From NCBI RefSeq assembly GCF_030013595.1, contig NZ_CP122768.1: 64,000 bases of DNA; one strand, written 5' to 3'. The DNA is from Escherichia coli (GTDB lineage Bacteria; Pseudomonadota; Gammaproteobacteria; Enterobacterales; Enterobacteriaceae). A program made the translations under genes and the position numbers. The notes under the pieces are model-generated. The model was not told where the DNA came from. It made no database searches and saw only the letters and a list, made by a program, of their open reading frames with translations. Of this stretch, positions 23,531 through 32,442 are shown piece after piece; the stretch's first letter is position 1, and each line of letters opens with the position of its first letter.

Positions 23531-23800
23531 TTATTGCCTGAGAATTCCCTCACTGGCGAGATACGGATTTAGCTGTTTTCCGGCATCAGGTTCAAAATTC
23601 CAGTACCGCCAGCGCAACTGACCTTCAGCATTACGGATAACCAGCCGGAAATGCGTTCCCTGGTCATCTTCAATAAGCACATTGCGGTAAGCTGTTGTGA
23701 CGGCAACCGCCTGTTCGCGTGAGAAAGGGCCTTCGGGTAATAAACGTGATGTACAACCCGGCATATCTGTTGCTCCCTGAAAGTAAAAGGCCCCGGTCAT
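23531..23800 (-). CDS. Small hypothetical protein downstream of antigen 43
   Basis: 89 aa ORF, no recognised domain; coding potential judged only by length and context. Confidence 0.4.
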   Translation of the reverse strand: MTGAFYFQGATDMPGCTSRLLPEGPFSREQAVAVTTAYRNVLIEDDQGTHFRLVIRNAEGQLRWRYWNFEPDAGKQLNPYLASEGILRQ

Positions 23801-23834
23801 GATGACCGGGGCCTGAAGGGGAGTGACCTGATTA

Positions 23835-26681
23835 TCAGAAAGTCACATTCAGCGTGGCCTGACCGTTATAACCTTCAGCGCTGCTGCCGCTGACGCTGTG
23901 GGCATAACCGGCCTGAACGCCCAGGGTGATATTTTCCCGGACACGGGCTTCCAGTCCGGCCTGCAGGTCCAGTGACGTGCCATTCTGGGATGGTGAGAAC
24001 GTCATGTTACTGCCGGCTGCGGCTGTACCCATGCTCATGTCACCCCGGGAGCTGAAGGTGCGGATAACAGAAGGCTGTACCCACCAGTTCACCGGCAGTT
24101 CACGCACACTGTGTTTTGCACTGTCGCGCAGGGTGTCACGGGATGAGGTGCCTTCACCAAAGGTCATATCGTTGTGGCTGCCCAGACGGAAACCGGCACG
24201 CACATGTTGTGCACTGCCATGCCCGAACTTCACATAACCGGCGTTATCCTGGCCGTCATCCAGGGAAAGTCCCTGCCAGGTATACTGCAGTTGTGGCTCC
24301 AGCATCAGGTTGTCAGTGATACTGAAGGGCAGACCGGTTTCCAGTGAGCCCAGCCAGCCCCAGCCCCGGGCGCGGAAGTCGTTATTGTCCGATGACGCTT
24401 TCATGCTGTGGCGGGTTCCCTGTGCCACAATGTCAGCCCACAGGCCGGAGGACGTGTGTGTCAGATTCAGGTATCCGCCCAGGCTGCCGGCATCATCCCG
24501 GACCGTGCCGGCACGGGAGCCGTCATCATCCTTAACATCAACGGAAGAATGGCCTGCAGCGCCATATACCCCCGTGGTCACAGACATACCGGCAACCTCT
24601 GTTCTCAGCAGGTCACCCTCCAGACGGACGAAGCCATAGCTGCCGCTGCTTTCCGGCGTGGCCCCACGGGCAATACCGCCGTTGTTATCGTGACCGAGAT
24701 GACCGCCCTGAATGCTGAGACGGACGCTGTTATTTTCACCGTTTACACCGGTCTGATGGCTGCGGGAGCCTGCCAGAATCCGGTCATAGTCCATTGCCTG
24801 TGTCAGCATGGAGGCATACAGGGGGACTTCAGCACGATAAGCATTTTCACTGCGCAGGTACCAGTCTTCATCGCTGTCACGGTTCAGGGTGTAGTTAAAG
24901 ACACCGGCCTGAAGCGGGCGACTCAGGGCAAACGCACCTTCTTCTGTGGTGGCACCATTCTGTGCATCCACAACCCGGATACCCTGTCCGGAGGTTGCCA
25001 CCCCGAGGTTACTGTTTCCGACATTTGTGAACGCAAGCCAGGTTTTGCCGGTTGCCTGACCACCATTAATCACCAGCTGGTCAGGGGCATTGCTGCCATC
25101 AAGGCGAACACGCATATTGATGGTGCCACCCTGACCGGTGAGGTTACTGGTGGTCAGTTTATGGAACGTTACCGGGGCGTCGCCTTTTGCAACAGCACGG
25201 CTCAGGACGGCATCCTGTGTCGTCTGATTATCAAAGCGAATCTCCCCTGCGTTAACAATATCGCCGGTACTGACCACATCACCATTCAGTACCATGCTGG
25301 CGCCTTTACTGAGCTGTGTTCTGCCACTCAGACTTCCCCCGGCAGCCAGCATCAGTGTCCCACGATGTCCGACAGTGGTGTTGCTGGCCTGTCCCCCGGC
25401 ATTAACCGTAAAGCTACCGCCATTTTCCAGCAGCAGGCCGCTGGCCTGACCGGATATACCATCAATACTGAACTTACCGCTGGCATTGGTCCCCTCAACA
25501 GTGGCACCACTGTCTGCAATCAGGGCACCACCGGATGTCATGGTGACACCTGTTGCCTTACCACCGGCAGACACTGCCAGGGTACCGCCGTCATCCACCC
25601 GTGTTTTCTGCGCTGAATGGCCCTCCAGTACATCCAGGCGACCGCCGGACTCCAGAACAAGGCCGTCAGCCTTACCGTTTTCCACCGTGAAATTGCCCAG
25701 ACGGTTGCTGCCGGTGACGGTTGCCGCCGTACTGGTGACCAGTGCGCCCCCCTGCTTCAGGGTGACATTCGTGGCTGTACCACCGGCGTTCACCTGCAGC
25801 TTGCCTTTCTGGTTAACGGTGGTGAAATCCGCCAGACCACCTTCCTTGATAATCTGCCAGCCGTCACTGTTTACAACAGTGCCAGACGCCGTACCGCCGT
25901 TGTGCACATACTGGTACCCCCCATTCAGCGTGGTATCCAGTGCGTGACCATGTACAGTCTGGTCGCCGCCGGCATAAACCACAGTGGTATTTACCGTTCC
26001 TTCAGCAGCCACAATCTGACGACCATTTTTATTGATGGTGGTGCGTACGGCATCTCCGTAGACGGTCTGCCCGGTATCACCATTTTCTGCATCCGGTCCC
26101 CCTTCCGCGCCGGTATTCACAACCGTGTCGGTTGCCACTGCGCCGGATTTGACGGCCTGCCAGCCCTTCTCATTAATGACAGTACCCGTTGCAATCCCGC
26201 CTTCATGTACCCACTGCTCACCGCCGTTCAGAGTGGTGTTCACTGCCTGCCCCTGAAGGCTCTGTCCGCCTCCGGCACTGATAACCGTGTCTGAAACGCT
26301 TCCTCCGGCATTCACTCTCTGAAGACCACCACCGGTGACAGTAGTGTTGTTGGCGATACCGCCATTTTGTATCCATTGTCCGCCGGTATTGGCCTCGTTA
26401 TCCGGCCCATACTCCAGACCGGTACTGATGGTCATTCCGTTGGCCGTACCGAAGACAATCTGGTTGTCATGATTTTCCAGTGTTCCGCCGCTCACGGTTT
26501 CTCCCGTCTGTACAACCGTGTCAGCAGCCAGTGCCGGGACTGATGTGACAGCAGCAAGAGACAGCGCAACCGCCACACCGGCGCGTTTTCCCCGTGAGCG
26601 GGCCAGTTCGGAGGTCACCACCAGGGTGCCCGTAATGTGATTCCATACCAGCCTGTAGCTGGTGTTCAGATGTCGTTTCAT
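23835..26681 (-). CDS. flu: Antigen 43 (Flu) self-associating autotransporter adhesin
   Basis: Extended autotransporter signal peptide [45 protein letters not shown]; repetitive beta-helix passenger; beta-barrel ending in aromatic F; 948 aa from this start (ORF track start 26756). Confidence 0.9.
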   Translation of the reverse strand: MKRHLNTSYRLVWNHITGTLVVTSELARSRGKRAGVAVALSLAAVTSVPALAADTVVQTGETVSGGTLENHDNQIVFGTANGMTISTGLEYGPDNEANTGGQWIQNGGIANNTTVTGGGLQRVNAGGSVSDTVISAGGGQSLQGQAVNTTLNGGEQWVHEGGIATGTVINEKGWQAVKSGAVATDTVVNTGAEGGPDAENGDTGQTVYGDAVRTTINKNGRQIVAAEGTVNTTVVYAGGDQTVHGHALDTTLNGGYQYVHNGGTASGTVVNSDGWQIIKEGGLADFTTVNQKGKLQVNAGGTATNVTLKQGGALVTSTAATVTGSNRLGNFTVENGKADGLVLESGGRLDVLEGHSAQKTRVDDGGTLAVSAGGKATGVTMTSGGALIADSGATVEGTNASGKFSIDGISGQASGLLLENGGSFTVNAGGQASNTTVGHRGTLMLAAGGSLSGRTQLSKGASMVLNGDVVSTGDIVNAGEIRFDNQTTQDAVLSRAVAKGDAPVTFHKLTTSNLTGQGGTINMRVRLDGSNAPDQLVINGGQATGKTWLAFTNVGNSNLGVATSGQGIRVVDAQNGATTEEGAFALSRPLQAGVFNYTLNRDSDEDWYLRSENAYRAEVPLYASMLTQAMDYDRILAGSRSHQTGVNGENNSVRLSIQGGHLGHDNNGGIARGATPESSGSYGFVRLEGDLLRTEVAGMSVTTGVYGAAGHSSVDVKDDDGSRAGTVRDDAGSLGGYLNLTHTSSGLWADIVAQGTRHSMKASSDNNDFRARGWGWLGSLETGLPFSITDNLMLEPQLQYTWQGLSLDDGQDNAGYVKFGHGSAQHVRAGFRLGSHNDMTFGEGTSSRDTLRDSAKHSVRELPVNWWVQPSVIRTFSSRGDMSMGTAAAGSNMTFSPSQNGTSLDLQAGLEARVRENITLGVQAGYAHSVSGSSAEGYNGQATLNVTF

Positions 26682-26894
26682 CAGCTTTTCCTTACAGAGG
26701 GTGAATAAAAAAGCCGGTACCCACAAATATGGGTACCGGCAGGTACAAAACAGCATGGTCAGATAAAGTGGTTTTTCCCGGACATAAATGCTTCTCCTCT
26801 CTCATCCGCCAGAGAAGTATCAGTCCGTTGTGTGCAATTCCGTTCTGCATGATGAAGAGATTCAGCTGCCTTTTCGCAGACCATTAACCACTAT

Positions 26895-26938
26895 AAACGA
26901 TCGATGGTAACGATCGATACATGTTTTATCGATCGTTT
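26895..26938 (-). promoter_or_regulatory. agn43 leader with three clustered GATC sites (Dam/OxyR phase-variation switch)
   Basis: GATC at 26899, 26912 and 26931 within about 35 bp, roughly 220-250 bp upstream of the Ag43 start codon. Confidence 0.65.
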
Positions 26939-27052
26939 TATTCTATTAACAGCAAGGCAGTCACGCAAGAGAAAGAGGTGGGTATGAGGTGTTTGTGTCA
27001 TGTTTTCAGTTGGTTAACGCAATGTAATCAGGCATTTCCCCTGGCAGAGTGT

Positions 27053-27922
27053 TCAGAAGAAAATCCAGTTCCATACAGCGCGGGCAACAGAGACCACCGT
27101 GTCACGGACGACACGCAGAACCGTACGAGCCACAGAGGCAATACAGACGCTCTCCGCCGTGTCAAATATCCGGTCCACCGCACCGGTAAACTGTTCACGG
27201 GCCTGCCCCCGGACAGATTCCGTGCACAACTCGTCCTGCAGGCGGGTCATCAGGGGACTGGCGGCATGGTCGGGAAGTGCTGTCATGAGCGCACTGACCA
27301 GCGTATCCAGTTCCCAGCCGGTGCGGGCCGATACGGCCACAACCGGATGTACGGGCCGGAACAGCCGGAATACCGCATCTGTTTTCTCACGAATGTTCTG
27401 TTCCTGTGCGGGAGAAGGCTGAATACCTGCCATATCCCATTCATGGCAGGGCTCCGTTTTGTCGGCCTGCGTCACCACAAACAGCACCTGCTGATGTCCC
27501 CGGTGCAGGATGTGTCGCCAGAAATACTCATCCACAGACAGGGCACGGTCATCGGCTTTAATCAGCCACAGTACCAGGTCAAGTTCAGGCAGAATGTCAC
27601 GGTACAGGGCTTCATACTCTGCATCCCTGTCCCGGCTCTCGCCCACCCCGGGTAGGTCAGTGATAACCATGCTGTGACCATGGCCACTCAGACGGAAGCG
27701 CTGCGCTTCCCGGGTGCCGGCGTGAACATCACTGACCGGGGTGACCTCCCCCTGAAACAGTGCATTACAGAGTGAGGATTTACCGGCCCCGCTTTTCCCC
27801 ATAATGCCAATCACGGGTTCGTGGCTGGTGAGTTTGCGCAGATGTTCCAGGATGTGACGGGAAAGTGAGTAAGGAAGAGAAGAAAGTGGTTTTTCAATTG
27901 CCTCAATGGCATCAGACGGATT
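27053..27922 (-). CDS. YfjP/YkfA/YeeP-family GTPase
   Basis: Walker A GIMGKSGAGKSS, G3 DLPG, G4 TQADK; start set at MNPSDAIEAIEK; ORF track start 27964. Confidence 0.85.
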   Translation of the reverse strand, partial: NPSDAIEAIEKPLSSLPYSLSRHILEHLRKLTSHEPVIGIMGKSGAGKSSLCNALFQGEVTPVSDVHAGTREAQRFRLSGHGHSMVITDLPGVGESRDRDAEYEALYRDILPELDLVLWLIKADDRALSVDEYFWRHILHRGHQQVLFVVTQADKTEPCHEWDMAGIQPSPAQEQNIREKTDAVFRLFRPVHPVVAVSARTGWELDTLVSALMTALPDHAASPLMTRLQDELCTESVRGQAREQFTGAVDRIFDTAESVCIASVARTVLRVVRDTVVSVARAVWNWIFF

Positions 27923-28255
27923 CATACATGTATTCCCGGTGAAAAAAGACAAAACCCCGCGCACCGGAAAGGTGGCGGGGGATTCACGGAGATAATATCT
28001 GTCTGAAATTATTTAGGATGCAGGTATCTTCAGATAATCGCACCCCCAGAATTTTATTCTTAATAGTTGAATAGTGGTATTTGGTTTCCCTGAGAGAATA
28101 TAAAGATGAATCATGCTGTATTGAGTTTGATTCTATTTGTACTGAGACAGGTATCTTCATGATTATAATCAAAAGCCGGGTGGATTGGTCTGGCGCTAAT
28201 TATTTTCTCGAATAAACTCACTAATTATTGTAACCATCCCAAAGGAGATGATTTT

Positions 28256-30400
28256 ATGTATAATTGTGGTGAATCATATTCAGAATACGACATATCATTA
28301 TCTGACGATGAAAACTATAACGATGACTATTATCGTGAGCGCCCGTGCCCGGGAGAAGTTTTCGGCTATGATAATGATGTACCACGGTTTAGTAAGATTG
28401 CACGGTCTTATTTGCTCCACGTGGGTAGCCTTGACTGGACCAAGATAAATCCGGATATCTTTGGCTCCATGATTCAGGCAATTGCCGAAGATGAAGAGCG
28501 CGGAGAGCTGGGTATGCATTACACCAGCGTACCCAACATCTTAAAAGTTTTGAATCCACTATTTCTTGACGACCTGCGTGCACAGCTGGACGAGGCTGGT
28601 GACAATCCACGTATGTTGCTGAACCTGCGCAAACGCATTTCCCACATTCGTGTGTTCGACCCAGCGTGCGGTTCTGGGAACTTTTTGGTTATCGCGTATA
28701 AGGAAATGCGTGCCATTGAGGCCGAAATCAACAAGAGGCGCAGTGAGCCGGATCGTGCCTCGGATATTCCACTTACCAACTTTCGCGGGATTGAACTACG
28801 AGATTTCCCGGCAGAAATCGCCCGCCTTGCGCTTGTTATCGCTGAGTACCAATGTGATGTGCTGTACCGTGGGCTGCGGCTGGCCTTGGCTGAGCTTCTT
28901 CCTTTACGCAACGAAAATTGGATTACTTGTGGCAATGCACTGCGGCTCGACTGGTTAAGAATTTGTCCGCCAACGGGAACCAGTGTGAAATTACATGGTG
29001 ACGACTTGTTTGGATCACCGCTTGATCAGGCAGAGATTGACTTTGAAAATGAAGGAGGAGAGACATATATTTGTGGAAATCCTCCATACAAGGGTAGCCA
29101 AACCCAAACTGATGACCAAAAAAATGATCTAAAAGCCATATTCGAGAAACGCACAACTAATTGGAAGTCATTGGATTATGTTGCAGGTTGGTTTATGAAG
29201 GCTGTCGACTACGGTAGTCAAACTAACTCGTCTGCTGCGTTCGTCTCAACTAATTCCATTTGTCAAGGTAGACAGGTCGAAACCCTTTGGTCGTTGATTT
29301 TTGCAGCCAAGCATGAAATATCCTTTGCTTATACGTCCTTCAAATGGGCAAATCTTGCTAGCCACAATGCGGGAGTGAGTGTCATTGTTGTGGGAATTTC
29401 TAATCATGTTAAGGGCCCCCGGAAAATATTTTCCACAACTGAGGATTTGGGGACCATCATAAAAGAAGTAGACAACATCAATGCGTATCTTGTCGCGGGT
29501 AAAAGCACAATTGTTGCACAGCGAAGTTTTCCTTTATCCGAAGTAAGTGTAATGGATTTTGGTTCAATGGCGAACGATGGTGGTGGCCTTCTTTTTGACA
29601 GTTCAGAATCAAGTCGTGCAGTTAATGATTATGGTGCTGATATTTGTTATTTTCGAAAGGCTTGGGGAGCTAAGGAGTTTATTTCTGGAACTCCTAGAGC
29701 TTGCCTGTGGTTAAATAAAGACAGTGCTAAAAAAGCAATTCTGAACTCTTGGATTTCAGACCGAATTGAGATCACACGTAAGGCCAGAGCAAATAGTCCT
29801 CGGGCAGCGACAAAAAAACTAGCAGATATTGCTTACAGATTTGGTGAAGTGAGGCAAGACGGCAGCGAGCGAATCATTATTGTTCCCAGTGTCAGTTCTG
29901 AACGTAGGGAGTATCTTCCATGTGGTTATCTCGATGTTGGTTCAATCGTTATCGCTCCGAATCTTGCTTTCTATGATTCCCCGCTTTGGAATATGGCGCT
30001 TATTGCTTCTAGGTTGCATTTGGTATGGGTGGCGACAGTCTGCGGGCGTATCAAAACTGACTATCGCTACTCTAATACCCTTGGCTGGAATACTTTCCCT
30101 GTCCCACCACTCACTGAGAAAAACAAGGCCGACCTTACGCGTTGCGCAGAGGATATCCTACTGGCGCGGGAACACCACTTCCCTGCGACTATTGCGGATT
30201 TGTATGATCCCGCGAACATGCCCCCTGACCTGCGTGCTGCCCATGAACGAAACGACGAAGTGCTGGAACGCATCTATATAGGGCGACGATTCAAGAACGA
30301 CACTGAGCGGCTGGAAAAGTTGTTCGACCTCTACACGAAAATGATTGCTTCGACTGCACCGGTCAAAGGTAAGAAGCGCAAAGCAGGAAATAACGAATGA
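28256..30400 (+). CDS. N6-adenine DNA methyltransferase, gamma-class, MmeI/PglX-like, without nuclease domain
   Basis: 714 aa; strong SD aaaggaga 8 nt before ATG; SAM motif I VFDPACGSGNFLV at about aa 135 and catalytic motif IV CGNPPYKG at about aa 277; upstream HYTS helical region; about 430 aa C-terminal presumed target-recognition region. Confidence 0.8.
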   Translation: MYNCGESYSEYDISLSDDENYNDDYYRERPCPGEVFGYDNDVPRFSKIARSYLLHVGSLDWTKINPDIFGSMIQAIAEDEERGELGMHYTSVPNILKVLNPLFLDDLRAQLDEAGDNPRMLLNLRKRISHIRVFDPACGSGNFLVIAYKEMRAIEAEINKRRSEPDRASDIPLTNFRGIELRDFPAEIARLALVIAEYQCDVLYRGLRLALAELLPLRNENWITCGNALRLDWLRICPPTGTSVKLHGDDLFGSPLDQAEIDFENEGGETYICGNPPYKGSQTQTDDQKNDLKAIFEKRTTNWKSLDYVAGWFMKAVDYGSQTNSSAAFVSTNSICQGRQVETLWSLIFAAKHEISFAYTSFKWANLASHNAGVSVIVVGISNHVKGPRKIFSTTEDLGTIIKEVDNINAYLVAGKSTIVAQRSFPLSEVSVMDFGSMANDGGGLLFDSSESSRAVNDYGADICYFRKAWGAKEFISGTPRACLWLNKDSAKKAILNSWISDRIEITRKARANSPRAATKKLADIAYRFGEVRQDGSERIIIVPSVSSERREYLPCGYLDVGSIVIAPNLAFYDSPLWNMALIASRLHLVWVATVCGRIKTDYRYSNTLGWNTFPVPPLTEKNKADLTRCAEDILLAREHHFPATIADLYDPANMPPDLRAAHERNDEVLERIYIGRRFKNDTERLEKLFDLYTKMIASTAPVKGKKRKAGNNE

Positions 30401-32442
30401 ACAATAAAATCAAGAATGTACCTTCCGTTTCCGTTACTTATGCACGTAATGGCGCATCAACCAAAGCTAATGTGCTTGGGATGCGTCCTATGCAGGAGAG
30501 AGCTTATGAAAAGCGCGGCGAGCAGTACTTGCTTATCAAATCACCACCGGCATCAGGTAAAAGCCGCGCACTGATGTTCATAGCACTCGACAAACTCGAA
30601 AACCAAGGGATTAAACAGGCAATCATCGTTGTGCCGGAAAAATCTATCGGCGCGAGTTTCAACGATGAACCGCTATCGCAGTTTGGATTCTGGGCTGATT
30701 GGCATGTCGAACCTAAGTGGAACCTATGCAACGCGCCCGGTAACGACAACGGGGGCAAGGTAAGATCTTTTGGCTCTTTTCTTGAAAGTAGCGACAAGGT
30801 GCTTGTTTGCACACACGCAACCTTTCGCTTCGCGGTCGATGCCTATGGCGTAGAAGCGTTTGACGATCGCCTGATCGCCGTCGATGAATTCCACCATGTG
30901 TCAGCTAACCCGGATAACAAGCTTGGTCAGCATCTGGGGCAGTTCATCGCGCGTGATAAGACACACATCGTTGCCATGACCGGCTCCTACTTCCGTGGTG
31001 ATGCGGAGGCCGTTTTGGCTCCTCAGGATGAGTCCAGGTTCGATACCGTCACCTATACCTACTACGAACAACTCAACGGTTACGAATACCTCAAGCAACT
31101 CGATATCGGCTACTTCTTTTACAGTGGCTCCTACGTCGATGACATCCTTAATGTCCTCGATCCTGACAAAAAGACCATTATCCATATACCCAACGTCAAT
31201 TCGCGCGAGAGCACGAAGGATAAAATCAAGGAAGTGGAGCATATTCTTAGCGAGCTTGGCGATTGGCAAGGTGCGGATCCTGCGACTGGTTTCCAGCTAG
31301 TCAAATGCCTCGATGGCCGAATGTTGCGTATAGCTGATCTGGTGGACCCAACTAGTCAAGGCAAGATTCAGGAAAGCCTTCGTGCTGCAGAAATGAAGAC
31401 AGACCGTGACTATGTAGACATCATTATTGCACTTGGTATGGCGAAGGAAGGTTTTGACTGGATTTGGTGCGAACATGCGCTGACCGTTGGCTACCGTGCC
31501 AGCCTGACTGAGATCGTGCAGATTATCGGTCGCGCTACTCGCGACGCGCCGGGTAAAAACCGCGCAAGGTTTACTAACCTGATCGCCGAGCCGGATGCTG
31601 TTGAGGGGGCTGTCACCGAGGCAGTCAACGATACCTTGAAAGCCATCGCGGCAAGCCTGCTGATGGAGCAAGTATTAGCTCCGCGCTTCGAGTTCAAGCC
31701 TAAGAACCCAGAAAGTGGTCCGGCCCCAGGCTTTGATTATGGTGATGGTGGATATGACCCGGATAGCTGTAATTTTGGTGTTAATGAGCAGACAGGGACG
31801 TATCAAATCGAGATTAAGGGACTTGCCGAGCCCAGGAGCAAAGAGGCGGCACGCATCTGCCAGGAAGATTTAAACGAAGTGATCGCGGCCTTTGTGCAGG
31901 ATAAGCCCGCCATCGAACGAGGCCTGTTCGATGAAGAGCTGATTCCTGAAGAGTTAACTCAGGTTCGTATGGGTAAGATCATCAAAGAAAAGTATCCTGA
32001 GCTTGATGCTGAAGATCAGGAGGCTGTACGTCAGCATGCTATCGCCGCCCTTAACCTCACGCAGCAGGCCAAGCGTCTTGCCACCGACGATAACGATGGG
32101 ACGCTCAATACTGCTCTTATTGACGGAGTGCGTCGCTTTGCGATGGATGTGCGCGATTTAGACATAGACCTTATCGACCGCATCAATCCCTTTGGTGAAG
32201 CCTACGCTATCCTTGCTAAGACGATGAGTGAAGACAGTTTGAAGCAGGTCGCGGCGGCAATCTCGGCCAAGCGTACCTCGATCACACCTGAAGATGCCAA
32301 GGTGATCGCCAAGCGTGCCGCTGAATTCAAACGTGAACGTGGCCGCCTCCCATCGTTAACTTCGCCGGATGCTTGGGAAAAACACCTTGCTGAAGGTGCA
32401 GCTGCGTTTATGCGTTTTAGGGCGGAGGGACGTTATGAATAA
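30397..32442 (+). CDS. SF2 (DEAD/DEAH, ResIII-like) helicase with about 300 aa uncharacterised C-terminal extension
   Basis: 681 aa; ATGA overlap with MTase stop; Walker A SPPASGKSRA, DExH box IAVDEFHHV, motif III MTGSYF, motif VI QIIGRATRD. Confidence 0.8.
   Translation: MNNKIKNVPSVSVTYARNGASTKANVLGMRPMQERAYEKRGEQYLLIKSPPASGKSRALMFIALDKLENQGIKQAIIVVPEKSIGASFNDEPLSQFGFWADWHVEPKWNLCNAPGNDNGGKVRSFGSFLESSDKVLVCTHATFRFAVDAYGVEAFDDRLIAVDEFHHVSANPDNKLGQHLGQFIARDKTHIVAMTGSYFRGDAEAVLAPQDESRFDTVTYTYYEQLNGYEYLKQLDIGYFFYSGSYVDDILNVLDPDKKTIIHIPNVNSRESTKDKIKEVEHILSELGDWQGADPATGFQLVKCLDGRMLRIADLVDPTSQGKIQESLRAAEMKTDRDYVDIIIALGMAKEGFDWIWCEHALTVGYRASLTEIVQIIGRATRDAPGKNRARFTNLIAEPDAVEGAVTEAVNDTLKAIAASLLMEQVLAPRFEFKPKNPESGPAPGFDYGDGGYDPDSCNFGVNEQTGTYQIEIKGLAEPRSKEAARICQEDLNEVIAAFVQDKPAIERGLFDEELIPEELTQVRMGKIIKEKYPELDAEDQEAVRQHAIAALNLTQQAKRLATDDNDGTLNTALIDGVRRFAMDVRDLDIDLIDRINPFGEAYAILAKTMSEDSLKQVAAAISAKRTSITPEDAKVIAKRAAEFKRERGRLPSLTSPDAWEKHLAEGAAAFMRFRAEGRYE

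Noticed and set aside
24408-25616. 402 aa ORF on the plus strand, and neighbouring plus-strand ORFs 23926-26294
   Set aside because: Antisense to the antigen 43 coding sequence in a GC-rich repetitive region; Gly/Thr/Ala-rich translation is the expected mirror of the passenger repeats; no SD
26921-27655. 244 aa plus-strand ORF
   Set aside because: Overlaps the agn43 leader and runs antisense through the YfjP-like GTPase gene, which has clear G-motifs on the other strand
28256-32442. Methyltransferase plus helicase as a canonical type III Mod/Res pair
   Set aside because: The helicase lacks a recognisable C-terminal PD-ExK endonuclease domain and the methyltransferase is MmeI-like rather than Mod-like; a separate T5orf172 gene follows. 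Left as a candidate new architecture, not a type III system
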